A program made the translations under genes and the position numbers. A DNA stretch of 27,597 nucleotides, taken from NCBI GenBank assembly GCA_050012255.1, contig JBEKHN010000023.1, positions 1 through 27,597 on the forward strand, in the 5' to 3' direction. The first letter of the stretch is position 1. Every line of letters begins with the position of its first letter. Under the pieces are notes generated by a model. The model worked only from the letters and a program-made list of their open reading frames with translations. It was not told the DNA's origin and searched no databases. Shown piece by piece: positions 17,301 to 25,529 of the stretch. The DNA comes from Candidatus Bathyarchaeia archaeon. Its GTDB lineage: Archaea > Thermoproteota > Bathyarchaeia > Bathyarchaeales > Bathycorpusculaceae.

Positions 17301-17637
17301 GCCAATACCTCATGTAAGCAATCATTGCATCGCAACGCAATGCTCCTCCTTTCTTTAGTGAATGATTCATCTTTCCATAGGATTCCTTAGCCTTCTCATA
17401 ATCCACAATAGCCTTTTGCATTCTCTCTCTGAACTCGTCGACGCTTTCGACCTGAAATGCAGCCCGATAAAGAGCGTAGCCCAATCGCTCACAAATCTCG
17501 CCTCTCCATGAAAAATCTTGCTCAGAGACCAAGCCCAAGGCTTTCTTGTAGAACTCAGCTGCTCCTAACCAATCATACTGTTTTTCCTGTTCGACAGCCA
17601 GACCTAGAATCGTCGCGGGGCTGAATTTGTCTGACAT
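14353..17637 (-). CDS. Large TPR-like alpha-solenoid protein with a C-terminal Ig-like beta-sandwich
   Basis: About 950 aa of A/E/K/L/Y-rich helical repeats (AAEFYKKAL, AKEHFEKAA, ASQLFEEAK), a TPTPTS linker, then VGENLNLDIELANAGK...IPEGF...G.F.IKPKILY. No signal peptide is evident. Confidence 0.82.
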   Translation of the reverse strand: MSDKFSPATILGLAVEQEKQYDWLGAAEFYKKALGLVSEQDFSWRGEICERLGYALYRAAFQVESVDEFRERMQKAIVDYEKAKESYGKMNHSLKKGGALRCDAMIAYMRYWLALEVPEKKRLLDKCWELTSEALKTFEEAGKVLEYGKTYSQLASSAFLGYSLEWNFQAGEKVIREAMERGERAIILLGSADDAWELARAYVKTAFYVTAFGLYFVPSIDERDRCRKKGQDYWQKACKLSEEAAFLELAATSGGTGDEMGWDTDEILVHFERALSSAKKTKDKYMIGTAMDWLAYACQWKAIGIEDPSKSAEYAARTLQYAEDAQRQFSAISFVSPRGDQAWTAAPKADYYWALARLEIDLVRRRDLLKKAVEEASRALVLAESSGYPGVISYADHMVSFYLERSAQIQVSLEDKKKLLEKALEHRKENIRINEQRFPFHYGNRGVAWCYLAHLQGLISNVEEEPQKQKSMLEEAASNMEHGLQLCIKGTLCAEDIERGYLQLRYGELLRRLYGLTKDNEYQRKSIKSFEEGARSFQKIDMVSYAAECYWKAANGYDALGEHAMAAESFGMASDNYKGAAQKIPQLSAFYQDHVLYMQAWSEIEKARHHHKRQEYGRAKEHFEKAADLHRLLKQWNYLAPSLSAWAKVEHAEELSRAEQSEEALKTFEQATSLFNEAEKSLQTQLDKIEDVDEKQMATTMLKANDLRHAYCRARIVLEEAKLLDRKGEHYLSAERYGALSGTLEKMIEELDSEQDRREIKYILTLSRAWQKMAQAEAEVLPKYYGEASQLFEEAKELGSSEKEKMLLLGHSRFCRALEAGTRFFDTRDAATYAAAMQHLESAADYYLRADFQNASEYVKATRLMLDAYVQMDDALREKDLEKKAKLYIIVEKLLQGSATAFAKTEHSSKRLQVLKLLENVKEKRQLTASLAEVLYAPIIASTTAFATPTPTSEKAVGLERLDHAEVQANIVASRKELRVGENLNLDIELANAGKGSALLSRIEETIPEGFETAEKPEMYRVEHNDLNMKGKRLDPLKTEEVRLVLKSKRQGIFHIKPKILYLDENGESKSHEPTPITITVKELGIKGWLKGER

Positions 17638-17733
17638 GTCAACAGACCACTAGAAGGTTATCATTTAGGTCTCTGAAAAGGCTTCTTATTAACGACTCGC
17701 TTAACGATCAAAGATTTCTGGTTCTAGCACGCG

Positions 17734-17928
17734 CTACCGATTTGCGTATTTCTCTGAATGCAACTGTCCACCAGTTGCCCAGTTGGTCTTCGGCGCTTCG
17801 TAAATGATGACGGTAACCGCTTCCCTGGGGATTCCCAGTTCCTCAAGCACCCTCGTTATTCCTTCAACGACTTTCTTCTTGTTCTCCTCACTCATACCAG
17901 CCCAAACAGAGACTTGAACCACAGGCAA
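17734..17928 (-). CDS. 4-oxalocrotonate tautomerase family protein
   Basis: TTG start at 17928 after GGGGT gives catalytic Pro-1: PVVQVSVWAGMSEENKKKVVEGIT...VTVIIYE...NWATGG. Confidence 0.92.
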   Translation of the reverse strand: MPVVQVSVWAGMSEENKKKVVEGITRVLEELGIPREAVTVIIYEAPKTNWATGGQLHSEKYANR

Positions 17929-18415
17929 TTCAGCTACCCCCATGTAACGATACCTTTTTCCACCTATAAAGGCACAGCGCGCGCTCACGAACTTCAGGGA
18001 CGAATGGGCTTCAAAATCGGCCGTTGACATCTAAGAATCGTGCCAGCCTGGAGAACCAAGCTTTGACCCTGGAGCCGAGATTGACAGGGTCGAGGTCGCC
18101 GAAAACGAAAGCAGGCTCAAAAATTGCCGTGTGTTCGTTGAAAAGTGCTAAGGGTTGGATTCGACCTCCTAGCAGATGGCGATATCTCCCGAAAACTCGC
18201 TTTTGACTCGACATTTTAGATGTCTCCGATACCATGAGCGACAAGACTCTTAATAGAGAAGTGCGGGTGAAACCGTCATATCTCTTTGAATCAGAGGGTT
18301 TAACGCTTTAACCGCAATAGAATAATATCTTTATTTGTGTATTTTGATTCACGGATAAGGAAATAGTGTTATCGCCTTTAAACTTTATGAATCAGTTGAA
18401 CCTATTCATATCAAT

Positions 18416-18787
18416 ATGCCAATAAAATGCCTCAGGTGTGGTGAACCTCTAGAGCCAGAAATGAAGAAGTGCCCTAGGTGTGGAAGTGGAGACCGTCACG
18501 TTATGCTCGAAGACAGTGCCAAGATTCTTGAAATGGTAAGTGCCAAAGTGAAAGCGAAAGGCTTTCACAAATTCAAGTTGTACGTGAGACAAGGTGAAAA
18601 AGTTGGCAAGGATGGAAAAATCGTCAGAGAGACCAGAAGAATAGACAAGGAGACAAGACAGTATTACCATCGTGTACAAAAACAAAACGAAAAGGGCGAA
18701 TGGGTTACAGTACACGAAGAAGGTGAACCCCTTGAGCAACATACACGGAAAGACCAAGACAGAAAGAAAAAGCTGAAAAGGTTATGA
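18416..18787 (+). CDS. Zinc-ribbon domain hypothetical protein
   Basis: N-terminal CLRC...CPRCGS followed by a basic, beta-rich domain with His residues. Confidence 0.8.
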   Translation: MPIKCLRCGEPLEPEMKKCPRCGSGDRHVMLEDSAKILEMVSAKVKAKGFHKFKLYVRQGEKVGKDGKIVRETRRIDKETRQYYHRVQKQNEKGEWVTVHEEGEPLEQHTRKDQDRKKKLKRL

Positions 18788-18796
18788 AATATCCGA

Positions 18797-19705
18797 CTAA
18801 TTCAACTTACGAAAATCATCTTCCATTTTTTTCTTGTCGATCAAACCAGCTTCCATTTGCAATCTTAAATCATCTCTCAACGCATATGCCAACCAAAAAG
18901 AGATGAAAGAAAAAAATCCAATCGTCCAATAAATCATTTGACTTATATTTTGGTCAATAAGCACACCGATAACCACTGGAGCATCTGATAAAGTCAAGAC
19001 CAATATGAAACCAATTGTTCTGTTTGCACGTGACAACCTTATGAATGTTTTAAGAAATCTTTCCTTTCCATCTGAAACAAGAATTGCTTGGCTGGTCTTA
19101 GATAATATATAATTGGTTACAAGAAACATGCAGAAGACTGTAATACTTGCTACGGTTAAGCCATTCAGTAGATTAGTTCGCCAAACTGTTATGCTATAGG
19201 AGACTAAGCTCATGGACGCTAAACCCATTAGAAAGTAACTTGAAATAAGAAGAATTTTCAGATTTACCCCAAGATTATCATCAGGGTCTTTCTTATCAGC
19301 GAAAATATAGAAAAGCAAAAGCCCTACTATAACAGCAATACCTATCCAAAAAAGAGGTACCTGTACAATTTGAGGGAGATTCTGAGTTCCTGATGCAACT
19401 GCAGTAATTAATATTATTGTTAGCATAGCTACATTTGCTATTCCAAGGTCTTTCATATGCTCTGAGAGATTCTTCTTACTGATTGCACGTGTTTTTTCTT
19501 TTGGATTTGGATTTAACACTAATGAATATGCATAAGCTCGTACGTTCTTTAACATGATAAGAAAACCAAAAGGTATCATTAGACACCAAGTGACGATTGA
19601 CCAAAGAACTGGGAGTTGGACCGCATGAAGGTAAAATGGAGAAATGATTGCAAGAAAGACTAAGGTGCGAATTTTCCATTTTTTTCCTCCTTTGTAGATT
19701 AACAA
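18797..19705 (-). CDS. Polytopic membrane protein of unknown function (about 8 TM); start ambiguous
   Basis: 302-codon ORF with many hydrophobic segments. A frameshift near the 5' end is possible. Confidence 0.75.
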   Translation of the reverse strand: MLIYKGGKKWKIRTLVFLAIISPFYLHAVQLPVLWSIVTWCLMIPFGFLIMLKNVRAYAYSLVLNPNPKEKTRAISKKNLSEHMKDLGIANVAMLTIILITAVASGTQNLPQIVQVPLFWIGIAVIVGLLLFYIFADKKDPDDNLGVNLKILLISSYFLMGLASMSLVSYSITVWRTNLLNGLTVASITVFCMFLVTNYILSKTSQAILVSDGKERFLKTFIRLSRANRTIGFILVLTLSDAPVVIGVLIDQNISQMIYWTIGFFSFISFWLAYALRDDLRLQMEAGLIDKKKMEDDFRKLN

Positions 19706-19912
19706 GAAGAAAAGACTTGTTACTGCAATATCAAAACCAATTCAGCAAGAAAGTCAACGGAAAACACTAAAGTGTCCAAGAGTCTAAGTTGCTCCAACAA
19801 ATCACTATTAGGTTGTGCAGATTAAGATTTTTCTCTTTTTTCATCAAAATCACGTCATATTTATTTATAAGCGAATTTCATCCTAGTGTATAATTAGAGG
19901 TGAAAAGTAACC

Positions 19913-20197
19913 ATGCCTCGGAAAAAGGTTCTGCCCGAATGGCAAGTCTGCGAAACGACAAAGAAAATTGAGCATGAGCGTAAAGGATGCCTAGTTATAC
20001 CAACTGGAAAGGGTCATGATTTCCTATCCATATGCCCAAACCAGAAACCGACTTTCGTTGAAGTGAAGCAAGGTTGCGGTCCGCTTACAGAATTCCAGAA
20101 GAAAACCATGAAAGAGGTTACAGAGAGCGGGTTTGAATATAGAATAGAACGTTGCTCATGTTCAAAGAACATCAAAGAACACAAAGCAACACATTAA
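19913..20197 (+). CDS. Minimal PD-(D/E)XK nuclease-fold protein (VRR-NUC/Hjc-like)
   Basis: E...GHDF...FVEVK.G.G.LT.FQK motif. Strong SD GAGGTGA upstream. Confidence 0.75.
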   Translation: MPRKKVLPEWQVCETTKKIEHERKGCLVIPTGKGHDFLSICPNQKPTFVEVKQGCGPLTEFQKKTMKEVTESGFEYRIERCSCSKNIKEHKATH

Positions 20198-20215
20198 AGT
20201 TAGGTGAAATGAAGA

Positions 20216-20317
20216 ATGCCCTATTGTCCTATTTGCAAGAGAGCTTACAATGGCACGACTTGTCCTTTTTGTCATCAATATAGAGACAGAAGCAGAGAAC
20301 ACAATTATCATAGATAA
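20216..20317 (+). CDS. 33-aa zinc-finger microprotein MPYCPICKRAYNGTTCPFCHQYRDRSREHNYHR
   Basis: Manual translation shows two CPxC motifs. SD AGGTGA at 20202-20207, 18 bp after the nuclease stop. Confidence 0.7.
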   Translation: MPYCPICKRAYNGTTCPFCHQYRDRSREHNYHR

Positions 20318-20369
20318 TTGATTGTCTTTCTTAGCTTAGTTTAACCGTTTTGGGCTTTTTAGCATCGAA

Positions 20370-20404
20370 GAAACCGAAAAAGGAAAGAAGGGGTTAGGGG
20401 GTTT
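20370..20404 (-). terminator. Pyrimidine-rich archaeal terminator for the Lrp gene
   Basis: Minus strand reads CCCCTTCTTTCCTTTTTCGGTTTC just downstream of the stop. Confidence 0.45.
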
Positions 20405-20429
20405 ACGTGCCCGCTTAGAAATATAATTT

Positions 20430-20918
20430 CTACATCCTCACTAACCCTTTCGCTAAATTTGAGAATGAGAGAAAACCAGAATCTTCATTGAGATTCACTA
20501 AGAAACTTGCCGAATCCGTCACTTCCCAAAACTCATTCTCTTCGAGTTTTCTTTTAAATTCTGCATAAGAAGAGTAGTCTTCATGAAGCGAAACGACCAT
20601 ATGCGAAGACTTCAAACCTAAGCCTCTTTCAAACATTAGAATATTCGAGAAAGTGCCTAGTGCCCTTTCAAACTCTTTCGAATCAGGTTCCGTAACCATG
20701 GCAAGAAAGGTTATTGCCAAGATTTTAAACCCCAATTTCTGAAAGTCTGGTATCGTAGTATATTCTCTTATGACTTTCTCTTTTTCGAGTCTAGCCATTA
20801 TTCTTGTAACTGTCGGCTGAGAAACGCCTAGAGATCTCGCTAGTTCTCTGTCACTTCTTCTACTGTTCTTCACAAGCTCGCTCATTAAATTCAATTCAAC
20901 AGTTTTCAATCTAAGCAC
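20430..20918 (-). CDS. Lrp/AsnC family transcription regulator
   Basis: ELVKNSRRSDRELARSLGVSQPTVTR...LEKEKVIREYTTIPDFQKLG. Confidence 0.92.
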   Translation of the reverse strand: MLRLKTVELNLMSELVKNSRRSDRELARSLGVSQPTVTRIMARLEKEKVIREYTTIPDFQKLGFKILAITFLAMVTEPDSKEFERALGTFSNILMFERGLGLKSSHMVVSLHEDYSSYAEFKRKLEENEFWEVTDSASFLVNLNEDSGFLSFSNLAKGLVRM

Positions 20919-21077
20919 TTCAAAGAATAGAGTCCATGAATGAAATATAACAATTTTGCAGATTTAGTACGGATTTTAGGTTTGTTTCGATTTTTTTGTT
21001 AATGTTATTAATATTGACCTCAAAAGACAGAAATCTTAAATCTGCACGGCAACAGAAGACGAACTAGGGGTTCAAAA

Positions 21078-21443
21078 ATGAGTGAGAAAACAAGAAAGCA
21101 AGAAGTGGAGAATAAGGAAACTGACTTAGTGAAGATTCAAATATATGCTGACAAATGTCATACTTTCCTTACACTTGGTTGTTCTCTTGGATTTGTTCTT
21201 CTCGGTTTGTGGGGAGTCTTTGCGGCGGTGTATTATCAGGGTTTATCGACATTCAACTTTCCTTTTGTCTATGCAGGATGGGTTGGCATGGGGGGAATAG
21301 GAACGATAGCTGTCGTTGCTGTCTGGATTTTCGTATCAACGTATCGCAGAGAATTTAGGAGAATTTCCAAAATGGTAGAGGCAGTCAAAAAAGGGGAATC
21401 ACAATTGCCAGATTTAGACAAATTGTACAAATGGGACTGCTAG
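21078..21443 (+). CDS. Small two-TM membrane protein
   Basis: Two hydrophobic stretches with charged termini; GGGGT SD upstream. Confidence 0.75.
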   Translation: MSEKTRKQEVENKETDLVKIQIYADKCHTFLTLGCSLGFVLLGLWGVFAAVYYQGLSTFNFPFVYAGWVGMGGIGTIAVVAVWIFVSTYRREFRRISKMVEAVKKGESQLPDLDKLYKWDC

Positions 21444-21862
21444 GGTTGATTCGGTCTAAGTGAGAAAGTATTCTCAAATCTAGGGTCCCATTTTCGACCA
21501 AGCTATACAAGACCCCTGAGCGTCACATTTTTGCGTCACTTGGTTGTACTGAGGGTAGGGAGATGGTTGAACCTGACGTTTGACATGTGCTTCTCTATAC
21601 AGAGACAACGCTTTTCTAGTTAACTCCCCAAAACAAGATTGTTATCCATCAAGTTGCACTTTGAGTATGAATAAAAAACGCACATACGCCCTTTTTTGCC
21701 GAATCGGACTTTGCCTTTGATTGTCGCGCGCGCTAGCAGAACTCAACCTCTCTATGTTGAAGCAGGCACCGGCACCCGGCTTGCAATGGTTAACGGGAAT
21801 TTTAGGAACAGGCATGCGCGCTGAAATATGATAACGTTTAAACTTTGCCAAACCCCAGATCA

Positions 21863-22210
21863 ATGCGCAAGATGAAGGACAAGGTCATGGGCAACCTGGA
21901 GATGCGCTTCTACAATCAGATATTCTGCCTTGCAAAAGCTTTGGATGAACACGGGATAATACTCAACTATGATGATGCGCAGATGGGTCGAGTAAGCCCA
22001 AAGCTCGTTGGCGAAGGGTTTGGAATTCCTCTCTCAAAGGTCTATCCCATGCAGGTGCCAGAGGATGTGAAGGAACAGATGGCGGCTCTTGACGTCAAAG
22101 ACTTCTGGGATTTCTATTTCTATAGAGAAACGAAGGCTTTAAGAGAAGTTGCGCTAGAGAAGAGAAAAGAAGAGGGAAAACCTAAAAAGAAACACTGGCT
22201 CTTCCGATAA
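21863..22210 (+). CDS. Hypothetical protein
   Basis: Open frame with protein-like composition and a TTTAAA TATA-like box upstream. The start is uncertain. Confidence 0.65.
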   Translation: MRKMKDKVMGNLEMRFYNQIFCLAKALDEHGIILNYDDAQMGRVSPKLVGEGFGIPLSKVYPMQVPEDVKEQMAALDVKDFWDFYFYRETKALREVALEKRKEEGKPKKKHWLFR

Positions 22211-22325
22211 ATTCTGAACACGAAAGGAGCAGCCCAAAGGACGCGTTTGTTCTCGCAGGTTCTCGATGAGGCATTCTGATGAGTTCGGAATGGATAACCG
22301 TTCAAACTCGCGCGAGTTATGATTC

Positions 22326-22340
22326 AAAAAGGTTATATTT
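22326..22340 (+). promoter_or_regulatory. BRE/TATA promoter of ileS
   Basis: AAAAAGGTTATATTT about 45 bp upstream of the GTG start. Confidence 0.55.
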
Positions 22341-22385
22341 GGCCGAAACTACTGTGGTGTGTTTGCGGGTGCTATGTGATGCAAG

Positions 22386-25300
22386 GTGACCGCCAAATTC
22401 AAGACTGATTCTGAAAAAGGCCTCACCGTAGAGTATCGCCTGCTTGAACTTGAAGAAGAAATACGTCGATTCTGGGAAGAAAATCACACGCAACAGAGGC
22501 TGATGGAAGCCAAGCAGAAAAGCAACAAGGGCTTACTAGGCTACGTTGAAGGACCCCCAACGCTCAACGGCGTGCCACACGTCGGCCATGCAAGAGGCAG
22601 AGTGATGAAGGACTTGCGCTACCGATGGAAGACGATGCAGGGTTACTATGTACCGTTCTGGGGAGGATGGGACTGCCAGGGATTGCCCGTTGAGTTGGAG
22701 GTTGAGAGACAGCTCGGAGTTAAGAACAAGCGGGAGCTTCTTGACAGAGTCGGTGAGGAACATTTCATACAAGAGTGTAAAAAGGCCATAATGAAGTATC
22801 AGAAAGCATGGGTGGAAGCTGACCGAAAACTCGGCATCTTCATAGACCACAGCAGAGCATACTGGACGTACTTGGACAGCTACATCGAAAGGGAATGGCA
22901 ATACCTCAAACATGCCTGGGACCAAGGCTTACTCGAGGAAGGACATTACGTTGTGGCCTACTGCCCCGGATGCCAAACAAGTCTAAGCAATGCGGAAGTG
23001 GGCTACGAAGGCACGTACCAGCTGGTAGAAGACCCTAGCCTCTACTTCAAGTTCAAAGTCGCCGACAAGCCGAAGGAGTACTTTCTTGTCTGGACCACGA
23101 TGCCGTTCACGCTTATCACTGACACGATGCTTGCTGTTCGACCAGAAGCCGAGTACGCAAGAGTGCAAGTTGGCGATGAAGTATGGATTCTCGTGAAACA
23201 ACGCGTTGAACCAATCATGAAGGAACTTGGCATAGAAAAGTACACAGTGATAGCAACTGTTACCGGTAAGAGCCTCGAAAACACGAAATACGAATACCCA
23301 TTTAGGGACATCGTTCCGAAACAAATAGAGCTTGAAAAAAGCCACCCATCAGTGCACAGAGTCGTGTGCGAGGACTTCGTAGACGTGGAAACAGCCACGG
23401 GCATAGTTCACCTCTCTCCAGGAAACGGGGAAGAAGACTTCTTCGCTGCACAGAAACGCGGGGTGCCAATATTCGCACCCTTCGACGACGAAGTCAAATT
23501 CACACGTGAAGGGGGAAAATTCTGCGGCGTGTTCGCAAGGGACACCGACAGCATGGTCATCGAAGAACTTCGAACAAGAGGATTGCTCGTCGAAGCAAAA
23601 CCCGTGAAACACGAATACCCAACATGCTGGCGTTCCCACCACAAACTGGTCTGGCTTGCAAGAAAAGAATACTTCCTGAGGACAGACAAAATAAACGGCA
23701 AGGTCTTGGAAGCCGCCGAAAAAGTAGCCTACTTCTACGATGAGACCAAGAACAGGTTCATCAGCTTCCTGAAAGAACGCAAACCTTGGTGCATATCCCG
23801 AGAGCGCGTCTGGGGAGCACCTTTGCCAGTATGGAAATGCAGAGAATGCGGAACAAAGACCATAGTATCGAGCAAGAAGGAGCTTCTCGAAAGGGCTGTT
23901 GAAAAACCGCGAGGGGAATTTGAGTTGCACAAGCCATGGGTCGACCGAATAACCTTCAAGTGCCAAAAATGCGGAGGCACCATGCACAGAGAAGACTTCG
24001 TGCTCGACACGTGGCACAACAGTGGCGCTTCACCCTACGCAAGGTTTACTGACGAAGAATTCTCGAAATACGTGCCAGTTGACTTCCTCACGGAAGCAGT
24101 TGACCAAACCCGCGGGTGGGCAAATTCGCTTCTGCTGGAGCATGTTATTCTTACTGGAAAGGCTGAAGCGCCCTACAAGGCGTTCCTGTTCCAGGGACTA
24201 GTGAATGACGCAAAAGGCAGGAAGATGAGTAAGAGCCTCGGAAACGTCATCGAAGCTAACAAGCTGCTGGAGAAGTATTCAGCAGACATATTCAGGTTCC
24301 ACAGCTTACGCAAGTGTTCGCCGATCGACTTCATCAGCTTCGACCCGAACGAGCTGGGCCGCAGAACTTATCAAATACTCTCCACGCTGTACCACCTCAA
24401 CAGGTTCTTCTTGCAGAACGCAGAGTTCGACAACTTCAACCCTCAGAGACAAACTCTGCAATGGGCAAAAAAAGGAAAACAGCTGAGGAGCCCCGACTTC
24501 TGGATACTTTCAAAGCTTCAGGAAACGATAGACGCCTACACGGCCAAGCTGGAAACGTGCGAATTCAACCTCGCAGTTGCTGTCTTGGAAGACTTCGTCA
24601 TAGAAAGCCTGAGCAGGCTCTACGTGCCCATGGTCCGCAAAGAACTGTGGACCGACGACCCAGAAACTCTTGACCGAAGGCTAGCAGTCTATGCAACTCT
24701 ATGGCACGCTCTGAGGACCATGACACTCTTATTCAACCCAGTGACGCCATATCTCAGTGAAGCCTTGCACCAGAAAGTCTACAGAAAACTGGACCCTGAG
24801 CTGCCAGAATCAGTGAACTTTGAAAGCTGGCCAGAGTCAGACAAGAAACTGCGAAACAAGACGCTGGAGGAAGACTTTCAGACTCTGTTCAAATGCGTTT
24901 CACTTGTCTACTCTGCAAGACAAACCGCTGGACTGAAAAGAAGATGGCCTCTGAGCAAGCTGGTCGTGGTCGCCCCAGAGAAAGTGTGTGCAGCCCTGAA
25001 GAGCTTTGAAGAACTCTTCCTCGAACTTGCAAATGTCAAGGCCGCAGATTATGCAAATGGAAAGAAAGCTACACAGCAGGCAACTTCAGAAGGATGGATG
25101 TCCGCGTCTGAGGGCGACGTTCAGATCTTCTTGGATGTTCGTCGTGACGAACGGCTGCTGGGCGCGGGTCTGATGCGTGACCTCGCTCGAAGGGTCCAAG
25201 CCCTGAGAAAGGAGCTAGGCTACGTGCCGACGGATATCATGGAGGCGGTTTACATATCAGAACTCGACGAGGAAAGCATCAGACTATTAGAGCCGCATCT

Positions 25301-25448
25301 GCCTCAGATGAAAGAACTTGTCCGTGCAAAAACCTTGCATCTACAAGGTGACCGCGCAGAAGAAGAGATGAAATGGCACGAGTCTCAACTGGACGAAAAG
25401 AAAGTTTCAATTGCAATCTCTCCAGGAACAGCGAAGCAATCATCGTAG
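22386..25448 (+). CDS. ileS: Isoleucyl-tRNA synthetase
   Basis: GPP..NG.PHVGH, GWDCQGLPVE, VWTT.P.T, TGIVH, WCISR, DQTRGW and KMSKS motifs, plus the C-terminal R.L.RRVQ.LRK domain. Confidence 0.96.
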   Translation: MTAKFKTDSEKGLTVEYRLLELEEEIRRFWEENHTQQRLMEAKQKSNKGLLGYVEGPPTLNGVPHVGHARGRVMKDLRYRWKTMQGYYVPFWGGWDCQGLPVELEVERQLGVKNKRELLDRVGEEHFIQECKKAIMKYQKAWVEADRKLGIFIDHSRAYWTYLDSYIEREWQYLKHAWDQGLLEEGHYVVAYCPGCQTSLSNAEVGYEGTYQLVEDPSLYFKFKVADKPKEYFLVWTTMPFTLITDTMLAVRPEAEYARVQVGDEVWILVKQRVEPIMKELGIEKYTVIATVTGKSLENTKYEYPFRDIVPKQIELEKSHPSVHRVVCEDFVDVETATGIVHLSPGNGEEDFFAAQKRGVPIFAPFDDEVKFTREGGKFCGVFARDTDSMVIEELRTRGLLVEAKPVKHEYPTCWRSHHKLVWLARKEYFLRTDKINGKVLEAAEKVAYFYDETKNRFISFLKERKPWCISRERVWGAPLPVWKCRECGTKTIVSSKKELLERAVEKPRGEFELHKPWVDRITFKCQKCGGTMHREDFVLDTWHNSGASPYARFTDEEFSKYVPVDFLTEAVDQTRGWANSLLLEHVILTGKAEAPYKAFLFQGLVNDAKGRKMSKSLGNVIEANKLLEKYSADIFRFHSLRKCSPIDFISFDPNELGRRTYQILSTLYHLNRFFLQNAEFDNFNPQRQTLQWAKKGKQLRSPDFWILSKLQETIDAYTAKLETCEFNLAVAVLEDFVIESLSRLYVPMVRKELWTDDPETLDRRLAVYATLWHALRTMTLLFNPVTPYLSEALHQKVYRKLDPELPESVNFESWPESDKKLRNKTLEEDFQTLFKCVSLVYSARQTAGLKRRWPLSKLVVVAPEKVCAALKSFEELFLELANVKAADYANGKKATQQATSEGWMSASEGDVQIFLDVRRDERLLGAGLMRDLARRVQALRKELGYVPTDIMEAVYISELDEESIRLLEPHLPQMKELVRAKTLHLQGDRAEEEMKWHESQLDEKKVSIAISPGTAKQSS

Positions 25449-25529
25449 CGCTATCCGTATTTGGAAGTGTGACGATAGTCTAGACTTCCAAGATCAAGCT
25501 TGAAAGGGTGAATTTCAATAAACTGAGAG

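Larger units (their letters stand above)
18146..21453. mobile_element. AT-rich accessory island, probably horizontally acquired; no integrase visible
   Basis: Visibly lower GC than the flanks, mostly hypothetical genes, and imperfect direct repeats TGCTAAGGGTTGGATTCG / TGCTAGGGTTGATTCG at the ends. Confidence 0.5.

Noticed and set aside
17929-18030. N-terminal extension of the tautomerase
   Set aside because: The family requires Pro-1, so the start is TTG 17928.
18157-18169. GGATTCGACCTCC as a tRNA T-arm fragment
   Set aside because: Only a 3-bp stem, and it does not match the tRNA-Ala in this window.
18011-18244. 77-aa minus-strand ORF
   Set aside because: No motif or clear SD, and it lies in a probable non-coding island flank.
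22261-22285. C/D box sRNA upstream of ileS (CGATGA...CTGATGA)
   Set aside because: Box spacing is too short for guide regions and there is no terminal box D.
22536-24673. Antisense and alternate-frame ORFs inside ileS (and similar ones inside trm1, nop5, aor and the solenoid gene)
   Set aside because: These are shadow ORFs of strongly supported genes and have no independent motifs.
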